Assembly (NCBI GenBank): GCA_964473825.1
Contig: CAYYQL010000004.1
Coordinates: forward strand, 1 to 64,000
Direction: 5' to 3'
Length of the DNA stretch: 64,000 nucleotides
From: an uncultured archaeon
GTDB taxonomy: Archaea; Asgardarchaeota; Thorarchaeia; Thorarchaeales; Thorarchaeaceae
The position numbers and the translations under genes are program-made. The notes beneath the pieces were generated by a model. It was given only the letters and a program-made list of their open reading frames with translations, did no database searches and had not been told where the DNA came from. Below, one piece after another: positions 38,347 through 48,979 of this stretch (position 1 is the stretch's first letter; every line of letters starts with the position of its first letter).

Positions 38347-39054
38347 GTGACTTCCTTGGACACTGCAAAGGACGCGCGAGTTCTGGTCTTGGAAGAGTCT
38401 CTTGCGAGACTCAATGACATGATTGGAAATAGGAAGCTGAAGATGCATATTGACTACTCCAATCTCGCTGAATTGCTGAGCAGAGCAGGTCGTTTCCTCT
38501 ATGAGGTGAAGTATTCTTATCTTTCTGCGTCAGAGCTTGCTAACTTGGATGCTACGCAGCAGATGGTCTGTGCAGTCACGGAAATTGGGGAGCGATACAA
38601 TGATGCGGTTTCAACTACGGGTTTCAAACCCAAGACGACAAGAGAACGCCTTATCCATGCAGAAATGAACTACTGTATGCGTATCGCAAAGGGGTTTCAG
38701 AGACGTTTGAAACAGTACGATGATGATCCAGGACGTGCTGTTGATATCTTGGCGGTGGAGGTAAGCCAGGTGAAACCTGTGGCTGGCGCATCAAATCTGT
38801 CAGAATGCCGATGTACAGACGGAAAGAGAATCTGGAGTATTGTCACAAACATCTCTGGAGTCAAGTCATCGTTCGTTTTGGCATGTGCAGTTCTTCCTCC
38901 AGTTGAGATGATGGATAGTGTTAGCGAGGCAATGTTTCTGGGTGGTGAGCCACTTTCCGAGTCTATACCCTTAGGAATACTTGACCAGCCTTCTGAGAAG
39001 TACCTTGCTCAGGCTCGAGCTCAGGTCATGGCAATCATAAAGAGGATGAAGTAG
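38347..39054 (+). CDS. Archaeal tRNA-binding protein with C-terminal EMAP/Trbp OB fold (COG2517-like)
   Basis: DTAKDARV, VKYSY, IVTN and LPPVEMMDSVSEAMF motifs. Confidence 0.75.
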   Translation: MTSLDTAKDARVLVLEESLARLNDMIGNRKLKMHIDYSNLAELLSRAGRFLYEVKYSYLSASELANLDATQQMVCAVTEIGERYNDAVSTTGFKPKTTRERLIHAEMNYCMRIAKGFQRRLKQYDDDPGRAVDILAVEVSQVKPVAGASNLSECRCTDGKRIWSIVTNISGVKSSFVLACAVLPPVEMMDSVSEAMFLGGEPLSESIPLGILDQPSEKYLAQARAQVMAIIKRMK

Positions 39055-39393
39055 ATGCATCTCAAGGACATTCAAGAGAGAATCCGCCAGTTCGATGAAG
39101 AGCGGGGATGGCAGAAGTTTCCTGCTTCGCAGGTCTTCGCCCATCTGATTGAAGAGCTAGGTGAGATATCCCGTCACATCACGGTTGAAGAAGGATACAA
39201 GCTGATTGGCCTAGGTCATGAGGCGCCTAACAGCGGCGAGATATCGCGAGAGTTCGCTCAGGTATTCTCATTGTTCGCTCAGCTTGCTAATCATTTCAAC
39301 GTGGACGTAGAAGAGAGTATTCTTCACGAACTTGAGATTATGGAGAATCGATTCCCGGCAAAGGAGTGGGCAGAAGAGATGAACAAGCGCTAA
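39055..39393 (+). CDS. MazG-like nucleotide pyrophosphohydrolase
   Basis: ERGW, LIEELGEI and EFAQV...LAN motifs. Confidence 0.85.
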   Translation: MHLKDIQERIRQFDEERGWQKFPASQVFAHLIEELGEISRHITVEEGYKLIGLGHEAPNSGEISREFAQVFSLFAQLANHFNVDVEESILHELEIMENRFPAKEWAEEMNKR

Positions 39394-39644
39394 TCATGTC
39401 TGAGTGATTGAATCCCAAACGTTACCACAGTTCTTAGTACTCCTTCTGTACCCCTCACTTCGCTGTTTACAAACTCGTTTATCGTTTCTGTGTCTTCGCT
39501 CTTTACGATCAGAAGTACGTCAAACTCTCCTGTGGTCAGCCACGCTTCATCAACAATATCGTGCTTCACGAAATCTTTGACTATCTCCTCATCTGAACCC
39601 GGTGTGACTGACATACTCACAAACGCAGTAATCATGATGTACAA
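39390..39644 (-). CDS. Lrp/AsnC ligand-binding (RAM) domain protein
   Basis: TTGEFDVLLIV and GVLRT motifs; no HTH. Confidence 0.85.
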   Translation of the reverse strand: MYIMITAFVSMSVTPGSDEEIVKDFVKHDIVDEAWLTTGEFDVLLIVKSEDTETINEFVNSEVRGTEGVLRTVVTFGIQSLRHD

Positions 39645-39759
39645 AACCCCTTCTCTTGCAAACAGTGTGCACGCTCTAAATGCTATCTCATACCCTTACT
39701 AAACTTGTCCTGAGGGCAAGACACAGCTCATGGCTAGCAACAAGAAGAGCGAAGCGCCT

Positions 39760-40308
39760 CTATTTCATCTTTCGTTGCGCGTCGAGAGCCTTCTTGGCCA
39801 TTTCTTCAAGGTCTTTGGTTGCTGCAAGAAGTCCGAGTGCCTTGTTCTGAACAACCGTGATGTTCTTCTCATTGGCCCATTGAGCAAGACCCGTGACCAA
39901 TGGTGCAAGTGCTGTTCGCGCAGACTCAACTGTTCCAACAGCCTTCCCGAGGAGTTCAAGTGCGTCTTTCGGCTTCATCCCAGCCTCGGCTACTCTTAGC
40001 CAGACAAGGGCGTGGATCATGTAGAGTGAGTCCAGCATCAGCGTGGGCGATTTAGGATTCTCCTGAACCTTCCTGATTAGACGGTCCTGTCTGCTCTCAA
40101 AAACCTCTTTAAAGTAACCAAAAGCCTTCTTTTCATTCCCTTTATCCAACTCGATGATGCCTTTCTGTAGCTTCTCGTCGGTTTCACTCAACACTACTGC
40201 ACTCCTAAAGGCGAACCTCAACCTGCTGAGAAAGTCTACGGCATTATTATGACTTTCTACTGTAAAGGGCTTGCTGCCTTTGAGTATAGTCATGACAACA
40301 TCACTCAA
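39760..40308 (-). CDS. Hypothetical alpha-helical protein
   Basis: 182-aa ORF with typical composition. Confidence 0.7.
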   Translation of the reverse strand: MSDVVMTILKGSKPFTVESHNNAVDFLSRLRFAFRSAVVLSETDEKLQKGIIELDKGNEKKAFGYFKEVFESRQDRLIRKVQENPKSPTLMLDSLYMIHALVWLRVAEAGMKPKDALELLGKAVGTVESARTALAPLVTGLAQWANEKNITVVQNKALGLLAATKDLEEMAKKALDAQRKMK

Positions 40309-40373
40309 AACGTTTATTATTGGCGTTTCATTCGAGCGTTCAGAGTGTCGAAAATCAGTTCGGAGGCTGTCGA

Positions 40374-41966
40374 ATGACCAAGACCACGTTTACGTTCAAG
40401 GAACTGAAGAGAACAAATCATAGAGAGATAAAAGAACTCCAAGACAAGAAGTTCAAGGCCTTCATACGCTATCAGGTCTGGCCTAATCATCCCTATTATC
40501 GGCGTCTTTTCAAGGAGAATGATATTGATCCCTACAATATCACATGCATCGAAGACTGGGAAAAATATCAGGTTCCACTTATCAGGAAGGTTGACTATAA
40601 AGACAACCTCAGGGAGTTTGTGCTGAATCCCTCGGAGGTAGATGGTCAGGACCGCCCTCCAGCTGAGATTGTGAGGAACGTAATGGCCTATTCTAAAGCT
40701 GCAGGCTATAATGAGCAATACAAGATGCTACGGAATAATGGCATCAAGACAAAACTGAAGATTGGTGCCGAAGCAGCGAAGGAGCGAATCAAGGACCGCC
40801 TGACCTACAACTATGCACCTCTTCAGTTCTGGCTGAGTTCGGGTAGAGCATCAGGTCTTCCTGCTCCTGTGTTCCTGACGCGTCATGATAATGACCTGTT
40901 ATTCAAGAACTGTGTCAAGGTGGGTCAGATGGCTGTCGATCCTTGGGCAGCTGAAGGTTGGGAGCTTATCAGCATGAATCTGTTCCCATACGCGCCGCAT
41001 CTTGGATGGCATGCTGTGAATCTCGGTCTGAAGCAGATGTCGAAATTCTATGTCGCCACCAGTGCAGGGGGTGCTATTCCGAGCGCGAAGCTTGTAGAGA
41101 TCGCCAAGGGTTTCCATGTTAATGGCTTTGCAGGCATGCCCTCCTATCTACGAAATCGATTCTTCCGAGAGATGAAAGAAGCAGACTATGAGGCGCCAGA
41201 GAAGATAGTTCTTCTGCTTGCAGGTGAGAAGATTTACGGCCCAGTTGTCGATGATATGATAGAAACTCTTGAGAGCAAAGGCGCCAAGGAAGTTCGCGTC
41301 ATCGGTGGTTACGCCTCATCAGAGAGTAAGATATCCTTTGGAGTTCAGTGTTGCTACGATGGCCCCTACCACAACGTCAGTCCTCTGATGCTTTCATTCG
41401 AGTTTGTCAGGGTCAATGATGACGGGAGCTGGGAGTTCGTGGATGAAGATGAGTCTGGTCATGTCACGCTGTTCCATCTCGATGGCACCGGTACAATCTT
41501 CGAAGGCTTCCTCTTGGGTGATGTTGCTTCACGACACGAGAATGGTAAGTGCCCAATGTGTGGAATGGACGGCCCCTTCTTCTGGGATATCGGTCGACAG
41601 AACGATGCCCAGGCTCAGATAGAAATCATGGGCCTTAGCGAAAAGAAGGTCAAGGGTGCAACCGTCAACCTTACAGCACTGCGGAGCGATCTTCTCCAGC
41701 TAGGAGAGGTAGAAGAGATCCAAGTGGAAATTGCAAAGGAAGACATGGACGATCCATACAGCATGGATGTTCTCAATGTATATGTGGCTCCTAAGGGTTC
41801 AGCTGACGCCAACTACGATTCCTTGATTTCTGAAATCAAGCGGATCACCAAGAACTCGACAGAAGTGACTCCTAGTGTCTTCATCATGCCATTTGAGCAG
41901 TTGATGGAGAAGGCTGGTGGGATGAAGTTCATGGAGATATCCGATGTTCGGCCTAAGCCGGCCTAA
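40374..41966 (+). CDS. Phenylacetate-CoA ligase (PaaK)-family adenylate-forming enzyme
   Basis: HPYYRRLF, P-loop-like SSGRASG, GMPSY, AGE, YASSE, GD and KVKGATV motifs. Confidence 0.78.
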   Translation: MTKTTFTFKELKRTNHREIKELQDKKFKAFIRYQVWPNHPYYRRLFKENDIDPYNITCIEDWEKYQVPLIRKVDYKDNLREFVLNPSEVDGQDRPPAEIVRNVMAYSKAAGYNEQYKMLRNNGIKTKLKIGAEAAKERIKDRLTYNYAPLQFWLSSGRASGLPAPVFLTRHDNDLLFKNCVKVGQMAVDPWAAEGWELISMNLFPYAPHLGWHAVNLGLKQMSKFYVATSAGGAIPSAKLVEIAKGFHVNGFAGMPSYLRNRFFREMKEADYEAPEKIVLLLAGEKIYGPVVDDMIETLESKGAKEVRVIGGYASSESKISFGVQCCYDGPYHNVSPLMLSFEFVRVNDDGSWEFVDEDESGHVTLFHLDGTGTIFEGFLLGDVASRHENGKCPMCGMDGPFFWDIGRQNDAQAQIEIMGLSEKKVKGATVNLTALRSDLLQLGEVEEIQVEIAKEDMDDPYSMDVLNVYVAPKGSADANYDSLISEIKRITKNSTEVTPSVFIMPFEQLMEKAGGMKFMEISDVRPKPA

Positions 41967-42034
41967 GATCCCTCGTATCGCTCTTCGCAGATGATATAAC
42001 CGGAATGTACTTGCATACAGAGAGGAGAAGAAAA

Positions 42035-42982
42035 GTGGCACTAGAATCAAGTCCGGGTGCTAGACCCGTCGATAAAGTCCCAAGAGAGTATAGGCTTTCC
42101 GCGTTAGGTCTTGTTTCAAGGACGCTTTCCCTATACGGACGACGGATCTTAGAATATATCCTCCTGATAGGATTGCTTGGAATAATGTATACGCTTCTGA
42201 GTTATGCTGTTCTGTGGATCATATTCCCATCTCAGGCGCTCGATTTAATTGATCTGGTGGCAACGGACCCACTCAGTGTGGTACTAAATCTATTGCTATT
42301 TGCTGTAGCCCCCGAGGAGAGCGCGGCCATTTTGCTCATCCTGATGGTCGCTGGTATGATTATCTTAGCTGCTTCTGCAGGTGCAGCAATCCGCCTCACT
42401 CTATCCGACTACGCAGATCCCGGTTCTAGCTCAGTGAGCGGCAGTCTATCCTATTCCATTTCTCGTATAGCTCCATTGATTGGAGTACAGCTCGTAGTCG
42501 GACTTATCTCCCTGGCGATCTTCTTACCGGGAATTCTCTTTGCCTTCGGTATTTTGTTCTTGGTCCTTATCGGGCAGCAAGTGTCTATCGAGCTTCTTCT
42601 GCTAGCTGTGATCGCACTTATCGGATCATTGATAGTCGTCGTCTATGTGAATGTCCGATTGTCTCCAGCACTAGCTGTCTGTGTTGCTGAGAATAATGGG
42701 ACAGTGGACTCAGTCAAGAGGGCGTGGGGTCTCACAGGCGGCAACTTCTGGCATATAGTAGGTGCCCGTCTACTCCTTGGTCTCCTTATCGGTATGCTAG
42801 GGGCAGTAATTGCTTTCTTTTTCAATGAAACAGGAGTTCTTGGAGAATGGAGTTCCATAACATCTTCTCTTGTTGTAGCCTTGTTTTTCAACCCGATTGA
42901 TTATGTCTTTCAGGCTGTGCTGTATCGAGACCTCGAAGCTAGAGAATCCACTGAGCTCGAGCGGACCCAAGATTGGTGGTAA
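42035..42982 (+). CDS. Multi-pass membrane protein (GPDPase membrane-domain-like)
   Basis: About six TM helices; SVKRAWGLTGGNFW and LYRDL motifs. Confidence 0.75.
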   Translation: MALESSPGARPVDKVPREYRLSALGLVSRTLSLYGRRILEYILLIGLLGIMYTLLSYAVLWIIFPSQALDLIDLVATDPLSVVLNLLLFAVAPEESAAILLILMVAGMIILAASAGAAIRLTLSDYADPGSSSVSGSLSYSISRIAPLIGVQLVVGLISLAIFLPGILFAFGILFLVLIGQQVSIELLLLAVIALIGSLIVVVYVNVRLSPALAVCVAENNGTVDSVKRAWGLTGGNFWHIVGARLLLGLLIGMLGAVIAFFFNETGVLGEWSSITSSLVVALFFNPIDYVFQAVLYRDLEARESTELERTQDWW

Positions 42983-43048
42983 AAACGAGCGTCAGTGGAA
43001 AGACCATGCACGGTGCCTCTCACTGGCTCTATTGTCCAATTTTCATTT

Positions 43049-43432
43049 CTATCTGAAGACGCCCTTCGTGTTCGGTTCATTCAGATATATCACGATGATC
43101 AGGGACACCACGACGCTCCAGATACTGCCACCGATCAGACCTATTAGGATTCCCAAGATGTTCAGTATCATTGCCCATATCCAAGCCCAGGATTGGAGGT
43201 TCCAAAGGCCCAACCCTATATAGAACGAGAATAGGCCAATGAGTACTATGAATGCCCCTAAGGCTGTTCCTATAATCGGTAGAACAATACTCCCACCGAT
43301 CAGAACGACAACACCCGCCAGCAGCAGCGTTATTGCCTGCAGGAATTGGAGTAGGGCCAGGATGGTGACACCAAGAGGTCTTTCTCTGTCTGGCCGCTTG
43401 GTTGCATCTCCAGGTAGTGGTATCTCTGTCAT
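43049..43432 (-). CDS. Small 4-TM membrane protein
   Basis: RPLGVTILA...GLWNLQSWAW...IYL..P..K..F pattern. Confidence 0.8.
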   Translation of the reverse strand: MTEIPLPGDATKRPDRERPLGVTILALLQFLQAITLLLAGVVVLIGGSIVLPIIGTALGAFIVLIGLFSFYIGLGLWNLQSWAWIWAMILNILGILIGLIGGSIWSVVVSLIIVIYLNEPNTKGVFR

Positions 43433-43510
43433 TTTTCAGTCTCCTTCATACCATGTCTGTTGAGCTATACCGATGCAGCTGCTAATATAGCATCTTCTTA
43501 TGCATCTCGC

Positions 43511-43545
43511 AAAGAAAAGAAAGGCATCCCGGGGGATTCCCGGGA
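43511..43545 (-). terminator. Hairpin + T-rich tract after the COG2403 gene
   Basis: TCCCGGG-N5-CCCGGGA, followed on the minus strand by TGCCTTTCTTTTCTTT. Confidence 0.5.
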
Positions 43546-43555
43546 CTGCAATGAA

Positions 43556-44890
43556 TTATCTGAGATTGTGTTTCTCAACGAACTCCTTGAGAATGTCCTC
43601 GAGATCGGGCTTGCCGATTTCTTGGAGGTCATACCGGACTCTGGTATTGGGCTTCTTGATATCGATCAGTTTCGCCAGGTCGATAGGAGTTCCGACCACA
43701 ACGGCATCTACATCAGCCTTGTCGATGGTCTTCTCTAGCTCTTTCATCTGTTCCTTGCCATAGCCCATGGCAGGCAGAACGTTCTCAAGGTGGGTGTACT
43801 TCTCGAAGGTGTCCTTGATACTGCCCACTGCAAAGGGGCGTGGGTCTACAATCTCGGCTCCAGCCTTCCTTGCTGCGATGTATCCTGCCCCGTAGGGCAT
43901 CTCACCGTGAGTAACAGTTGGACCATCCTCTATGACCAGCACTCTCTTACCTCGGATGATTGACATGTCATCCAATCCCACTGGTGAGGCCGCATCAACA
44001 ATGATGGCATCGGGATTGACTCTCTGAACATTCTCCCGTACCTTCTGTATGTTCTCATAGTCGGCTGTTTCTACTTTGTTAATGATGACCACATCTGCCA
44101 TCCTTAGGTTGGTTTCGCCTGGATAGTATGAGGTCTCGTGTCCCGGTCTGTGCGGGTCAACAAGAACTATCAACAGGTCCGGCTTGTAGAATGGGAAGTC
44201 ATTGTTGCCTCCATCCCATGTGATTATGTCTGCCTCCTCTTCAGCCTGTCTGACTATCTTCTCGTAGTCCACGCCAGCATAGAGGATTACTCCCATATCG
44301 ATCATGGGCTCGTACTCTTCCCGCTCCTCGATTGTGCAGTTGTACTTGTCCATGTCCTCTAACTTCTCGTAACGTTGGGCAATCTGTGTCGTGAGATCGG
44401 GATCGTACGGCATCGGGTGACGGATGTTCACCGGCTGCAGCCCCATGTCAACAAGAATCTGGTTCACACGACGTGAAGTCTGACTCTTCCCGCAACCCGT
44501 TCGAACAGCACACACTGCCACAACGGGCTTCTTGCTCTCAAGCATTGTCGTTTCCGTACCCATCAACCTTAGGTCTGGTCCCAATGAGTTGACCCATGCA
44601 GTCTTATGACCAACGTAGTCATAGGGAAGGTCTGAGTATGCAAGGATGCATTGCTCTGGCTTGAATTTCTCGACTAGTTCCGGAAGCTTCTCCTCCGGGT
44701 AGATCTTGATTCCGTCTGGGTATAGGTCACCACTGAGTTCAGGTGGATAGTCCCTATCACCAATTCCAGGAATCTGCTGTGCAGTGAACGCTACAACTTC
44801 ATAGTCTTCGTTATCACGAAAAAAGCTGTTGAAATTGTGAAAGTCCCGGCCCGCCGCGCCCATTATGATTACCTTTTTCCTGTTCTTCAT
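43556..44890 (-). CDS. COG2403 P-loop protein (cDPG synthetase-related; arginine synthetase ArcE-like)
   Basis: MGAAGRDFHNFN, RTGCGKS, RHPMPY, TIEEREEYE, WDGGNND and EDGPT motifs; start at ATG 44890. Confidence 0.8.
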   Translation of the reverse strand: MKNRKKVIIMGAAGRDFHNFNSFFRDNEDYEVVAFTAQQIPGIGDRDYPPELSGDLYPDGIKIYPEEKLPELVEKFKPEQCILAYSDLPYDYVGHKTAWVNSLGPDLRLMGTETTMLESKKPVVAVCAVRTGCGKSQTSRRVNQILVDMGLQPVNIRHPMPYDPDLTTQIAQRYEKLEDMDKYNCTIEEREEYEPMIDMGVILYAGVDYEKIVRQAEEEADIITWDGGNNDFPFYKPDLLIVLVDPHRPGHETSYYPGETNLRMADVVIINKVETADYENIQKVRENVQRVNPDAIIVDAASPVGLDDMSIIRGKRVLVIEDGPTVTHGEMPYGAGYIAARKAGAEIVDPRPFAVGSIKDTFEKYTHLENVLPAMGYGKEQMKELEKTIDKADVDAVVVGTPIDLAKLIDIKKPNTRVRYDLQEIGKPDLEDILKEFVEKHNLR

Positions 44891-45044
44891 TGAAATCACC
44901 GCAAAGAAGCATGGTAGTACTGCTTCCAAGAAGACTTGGAGTTTCTTAATAGCCTTACGGTATAGAGGAATCAAATTGAGAAGCATTTCAGCTTCCGCGT
45001 TCAGGCACATCACAACAGAACTGGAATCGGCGAGTGCCCCCGGA

Positions 45045-45581
45045 TTACTCTCCGCGCATCAAATGATTCAAGGCGCGCATTCTCATGTGAGGCCCTGTTG
45101 TTATACTTAGCAGACCAAGGCGGACAGAGCGGGGCAGGATTTTGTAGACCAGTTGGTTGAGTATTGCAATCACTCCACTTATCCTTGCCTTCTCCCCGAT
45201 ATTCACCATCCTCGGGTCCGAGTTCATGAAGCCGTACGGTCTAAGGGGTCTTGTCCCATGCAGTTTCGATGAGTACGTCACATTGTCCGAGTCATCCGGT
45301 GGGTCGATGAGAACTAGATCATACGTATCATCAAGGTTCGACCTGACCTGCCTCCTATCAGTCACATCCAGGCAGAAGGTCGGGTTCGCCTCCGGCTTGA
45401 TGTCCACCGTGTGTAGGGTCGGACGCTTCACCACACTCCCTCCGAAGGGGAACAGCATCATGGTCTTGTTGGGGTCGAAGTCTGGAACCAGCTGGAGCAC
45501 CAACAGGAGAGTTCCGAACCTCTCGATAAGCCAGCGGGGAACCTCCCACGATACGGTCCCATCGCCCCTCCGAATACCCAC
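45045..45581 (-). pseudogene. Degenerate virus-type amino-methyltransferase
   Basis: LFPFGG (motif I-like), TVDI and DLVLIDPPD (DPPY with Y replaced by D). Confidence 0.55.
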
Positions 45582-46325
45582 CTACCATCTATGATGGGGT
45601 GCTTGCCGATGGCTGGATGCTCGCGAAAGCCCGTGACAGCGTGTTCTGCTTGAGCTGTTCCACACACTTCGGGTCGGGTGTCGGTCTCCCTCAGAGGTCG
45701 CTAAGTTCATACTCGTACATCCGCGAACCAGGCGGGGTCGGTCTTGGTGTCCGGGATATCGCCGCTCAATCACTAGACCCTGATCCAGAGGCGTAGTCCT
45801 AAGCCCGTATAAGCGCATCATGCATGGTTCTGTGAGGAAGCTCGACTCTCCTCCCATCCGAGACCGTGTCCTTCACAACCTTGAGAGGTACGAGGAGCTT
45901 GGCGGGCGTTCCGTTCGCAGAATGGTGACGGTGACTCTCAGAGATTGCTCAGAGCTGTGGGACTCCCAAACTGACCTCATACACTTGGAGTCGGTCTTCG
46001 AACAGCCCCTTCGGTTCCAGGTGACAAACCGCCTTCATCGACATGATCAACCTCGACGTCTGCGAGCCCCTACCCACCAACACCACCGGGAAGCCCTCTC
46101 GGAACTGGAAGAGTGCTGGTCAGCTCTATCCGAAAGGGGTGTGTATCGGTCACTGCTGGTCGCGCTATCATCAGTGTGTCTCTTGTGTGAGGTGCTGGTG
46201 ATGGGGCTCTCAGACTATGACCAACTGGCTCTCGTTCCAAGGACAAGAAGGGCATAGGCCGCAGACACAATCAAATGGAGGGTTTGTGAGCAAACTCTGC
46301 TGACAAAGAAGCGACTGGTATCAAC

Positions 46326-46502
46326 TCAAGTCAAGCAGGATGAGCAATGGATAAGAACAACAGCGATGTTAGCTACTTGTTTGCAGTCCTCACAGAGTCG
46401 GCTGAAGCGAAAGAGCCTGGGCCAGCAGTCGAGGCACCTGCACTGGTCCACGGGTTGCCCGGTGTTCTCGCAGCGATGACTGGATGAGGTGTCATCGTTC
46501 AC
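46326..46502 (-). CDS. Small Cys-rich (zinc-finger-like) ORF, not in the ORF track
   Basis: Manual translation (GTG start) NDDTSSSHRCENTGQPVDQCRCLDCWPRLFRFSRLCEDCKQVANIAVVLIHCSSCLT, with 8 Cys and three CxxC; GAGGAG upstream. Confidence 0.4.
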   Translation of the reverse strand: MNDDTSSSHRCENTGQPVDQCRCLDCWPRLFRFSRLCEDCKQVANIAVVLIHCSSCLT

Positions 46503-46939
46503 GGCCTCTCTCCTCCTCGTCCATCGCTCAGTCTTCTGACAGTTCTCACATGGATAGCAGGCGCTTGCCTGTTTCCATCCCGCTGAGGATAGTCTTCAGG
46601 GTCATACTTGTTCGACTCATCCGTAATCCGCCGGATCGCATCCATGACAGCTGGTGTCTCCTCTTCAGTTCTGACCGGTCGGGACGCATTCCCAAACCGT
46701 GGGATAAGAATGGGTGGAAAGTATCATAAGTTGTACGTCGAACAGGTCCGGGCTCTCTTGGCGGTCTTCTCGATGCACACGAGGGTCAGGGCGTCGTGTT
46801 ATGGCTATGACGGCCTAAGAGTGCTCTGGTCGTTACAGATAATGTGGATAACCCTCATTACGTTCCTACCTTGGACAAAGGTATACACAACACGACCAAA
46901 TCCGATCATCTCCCGTGATGTCCGAAGAGAAGGTCATAG

Positions 46940-47548
46940 TCAGGGTGTCCTGACCAACCTTGTCGTGGTGTACGACAGGATGGGAAAGAGCGATGAGGTG
47001 ATAGCCATGTAGCGGCGGGCGGTCGGGTTGGAGTGCGAGAACCCGGAGGTCTGGTCGTACCTAGGACTTTTTCTCACAAATGCTCGCGAGGACGCTGAGG
47101 CTGACCGTGTGCTACACGAGGGCATCGAGTTGGATCCATCGAGCCATCGGCTTTCTACTGGCTGGCCTGCGTGTTGGAGCGGTTCGAGGAGTACGAGGAG
47201 GCACTGGACTGCATCACCGCGGCTATCGAGCTGGATCCTGACGAGCCAGAGTATCGACTGTTGCTTGCAGAGTGGTTGATGGCTGCTGGAGAGTTCGACG
47301 ATACTAAGGCACAGATGGCAATTGTACTATCGATAGATGTCTACAACCGCGAGGCAAAGGAGCTTGGGGACAGGGTGCGTATCCGTCGAGTCGCCGGGGG
47401 CGACCCGAACTTGACGGTCTTTGTGCATGACCGGTCTGAGCAGTTGATTGATCTGCTAAATCTCTTGATGAGGTGTCAGGCTATCATTGTCAGAGGGTGT
47501 GGACAGGTGGAGTTTGAACTGCTGACCGAAGGTGGAGAAGCGGATTAG
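46940..47548 (+). pseudogene. TPR-repeat protein pseudogene
   Basis: TPR consensus runs through an in-frame TAG (47010-47012) and a frameshift near 47150 (IELDP repeats in two frames). Confidence 0.75.
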
Positions 47549-47832
47549 GCCCACTATGCGGTGACTGGGATCTCACTACGGGGGCATCGCCCTATGGAGG
47601 ACATCCCGAACGACCTACATACTCTTCTGGGCGACCGGACGGGCCCACACAAACTGAGCAGAGAAGGTTCAGTCTTGGAGCTGGTGGTAAGCATGCGGGA
47701 TTATTGAACTCCCTCCCTGCACTCTGAAGACTCATGTACCAAAATGGCTTCCCACTATGAAGAAAAAAAGTAGTCTTATTAGATACTCCACGATGAATGT
47801 AACACATCCACTGATCTGACAGGGGTTTATTC

Positions 47833-48951
47833 ATGTTACAGAGAGAAACGTGGCTCGTCTGTGTTATGTTCGGTATACTTGTGGCGTCGATGGCCTTTGT
47901 TGGAGCGAATAGCATCCCAACGGAGACCAAGACCGGCTCTCTACCGATACATCAGACCGCCTTTGCAGATTATGTCAATGATTCCGCACGTGTGTTCCAA
48001 TTTCAGGACTTGGTCATCGATAACGGTTCATTCATTGTCGTTGATCCTGGTTCTGAGTACTACTCCATCAACGAGAGCCAGGCTCGCGAGAACGCAATAT
48101 CGTTCTTCCAATTGAACTACCCGGAGTGGGACTGGTCCTCATTTCATCTTATATATGCCAGTAGGGTCTCCCATATACCTGCGTGGCGCTTCTTCGTCCT
48201 GGAGAAGAGCATCTGGGTACAGGTGAGCGCGGCCTCAGGGGAGGTAATCATGTTTGAGTGTACAAGTGGCGCTCTCAGAGGTGTTCGGGAGAATCAGACA
48301 GAACCAATCACACTACCTGCTGCGGAGGCCTCTGCAATGGCCTTCCTCAGTCTGAACAACATCACATTGCCGGCGGATGCACACTACTGTGGGGCCATTC
48401 AATATCATCCATCCGATAACTACCGGATTGCGTTCGAACACATCTCTAATGGGATTCCTATCAAATCTCCTCCATCATTCTCATTGGGGTGCAGCGGGGA
48501 TGGCATCGTTGTTGAGGTCGATGCTCTGACAGGGCGGGTCTGCGGGTTCTATTACGTCTGGCGCAATCTCGGCGTTGTCACACTCAGTCGAACGATAAGT
48601 AAGTTCAGTGCGTATGACATAGCAGAACAGGTTACTGGGAAACGCGTTGTCATGTGCAACCTCACTGTGAGCGATACGGTGGACACAGACAATGTGTCAC
48701 ATCATATGCGCCTTGTCTGGTATGTTGTGACTTCTGGTAATGTATCACGATGTGATATGCTCATTGATGCGCGCACCGGTGAAGTCGTGCAGACTATACC
48801 GTACCGCGAGAGCCTGGACCTGGCAATCTTGGAGCGCCCCTCCGAAATGCTCTGGATTCTCTTTACGGTGACAAGTATAGCGGTTGCTGGTGCCGTGGCC
48901 CTCTCCACAGAGTACGCTCTAAGAAGATCCAATTGCCTAGTGGAAGCGTAG
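47833..48951 (+). CDS. Secreted/membrane-anchored protein with PepSY/YcdB-like repeats
   Basis: Signal peptide, three (V/I)xAxxGx(V) motifs (VSAASGEV, VDALTGRV, IDARTGEV) and a C-terminal TM helix. Confidence 0.7.
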   Translation: MLQRETWLVCVMFGILVASMAFVGANSIPTETKTGSLPIHQTAFADYVNDSARVFQFQDLVIDNGSFIVVDPGSEYYSINESQARENAISFFQLNYPEWDWSSFHLIYASRVSHIPAWRFFVLEKSIWVQVSAASGEVIMFECTSGALRGVRENQTEPITLPAAEASAMAFLSLNNITLPADAHYCGAIQYHPSDNYRIAFEHISNGIPIKSPPSFSLGCSGDGIVVEVDALTGRVCGFYYVWRNLGVVTLSRTISKFSAYDIAEQVTGKRVVMCNLTVSDTVDTDNVSHHMRLVWYVVTSGNVSRCDMLIDARTGEVVQTIPYRESLDLAILERPSEMLWILFTVTSIAVAGAVALSTEYALRRSNCLVEA

Positions 48952-48979
48952 TAGTCGACAGTTCTCTGGGGTGCCAAGG

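Noticed and set aside
47010-47012. Pyrrolysine/amber read-through in the TPR gene
   Set aside because: The position corresponds to a consensus Tyr and the gene also has a frameshift, so decay is the simpler explanation.
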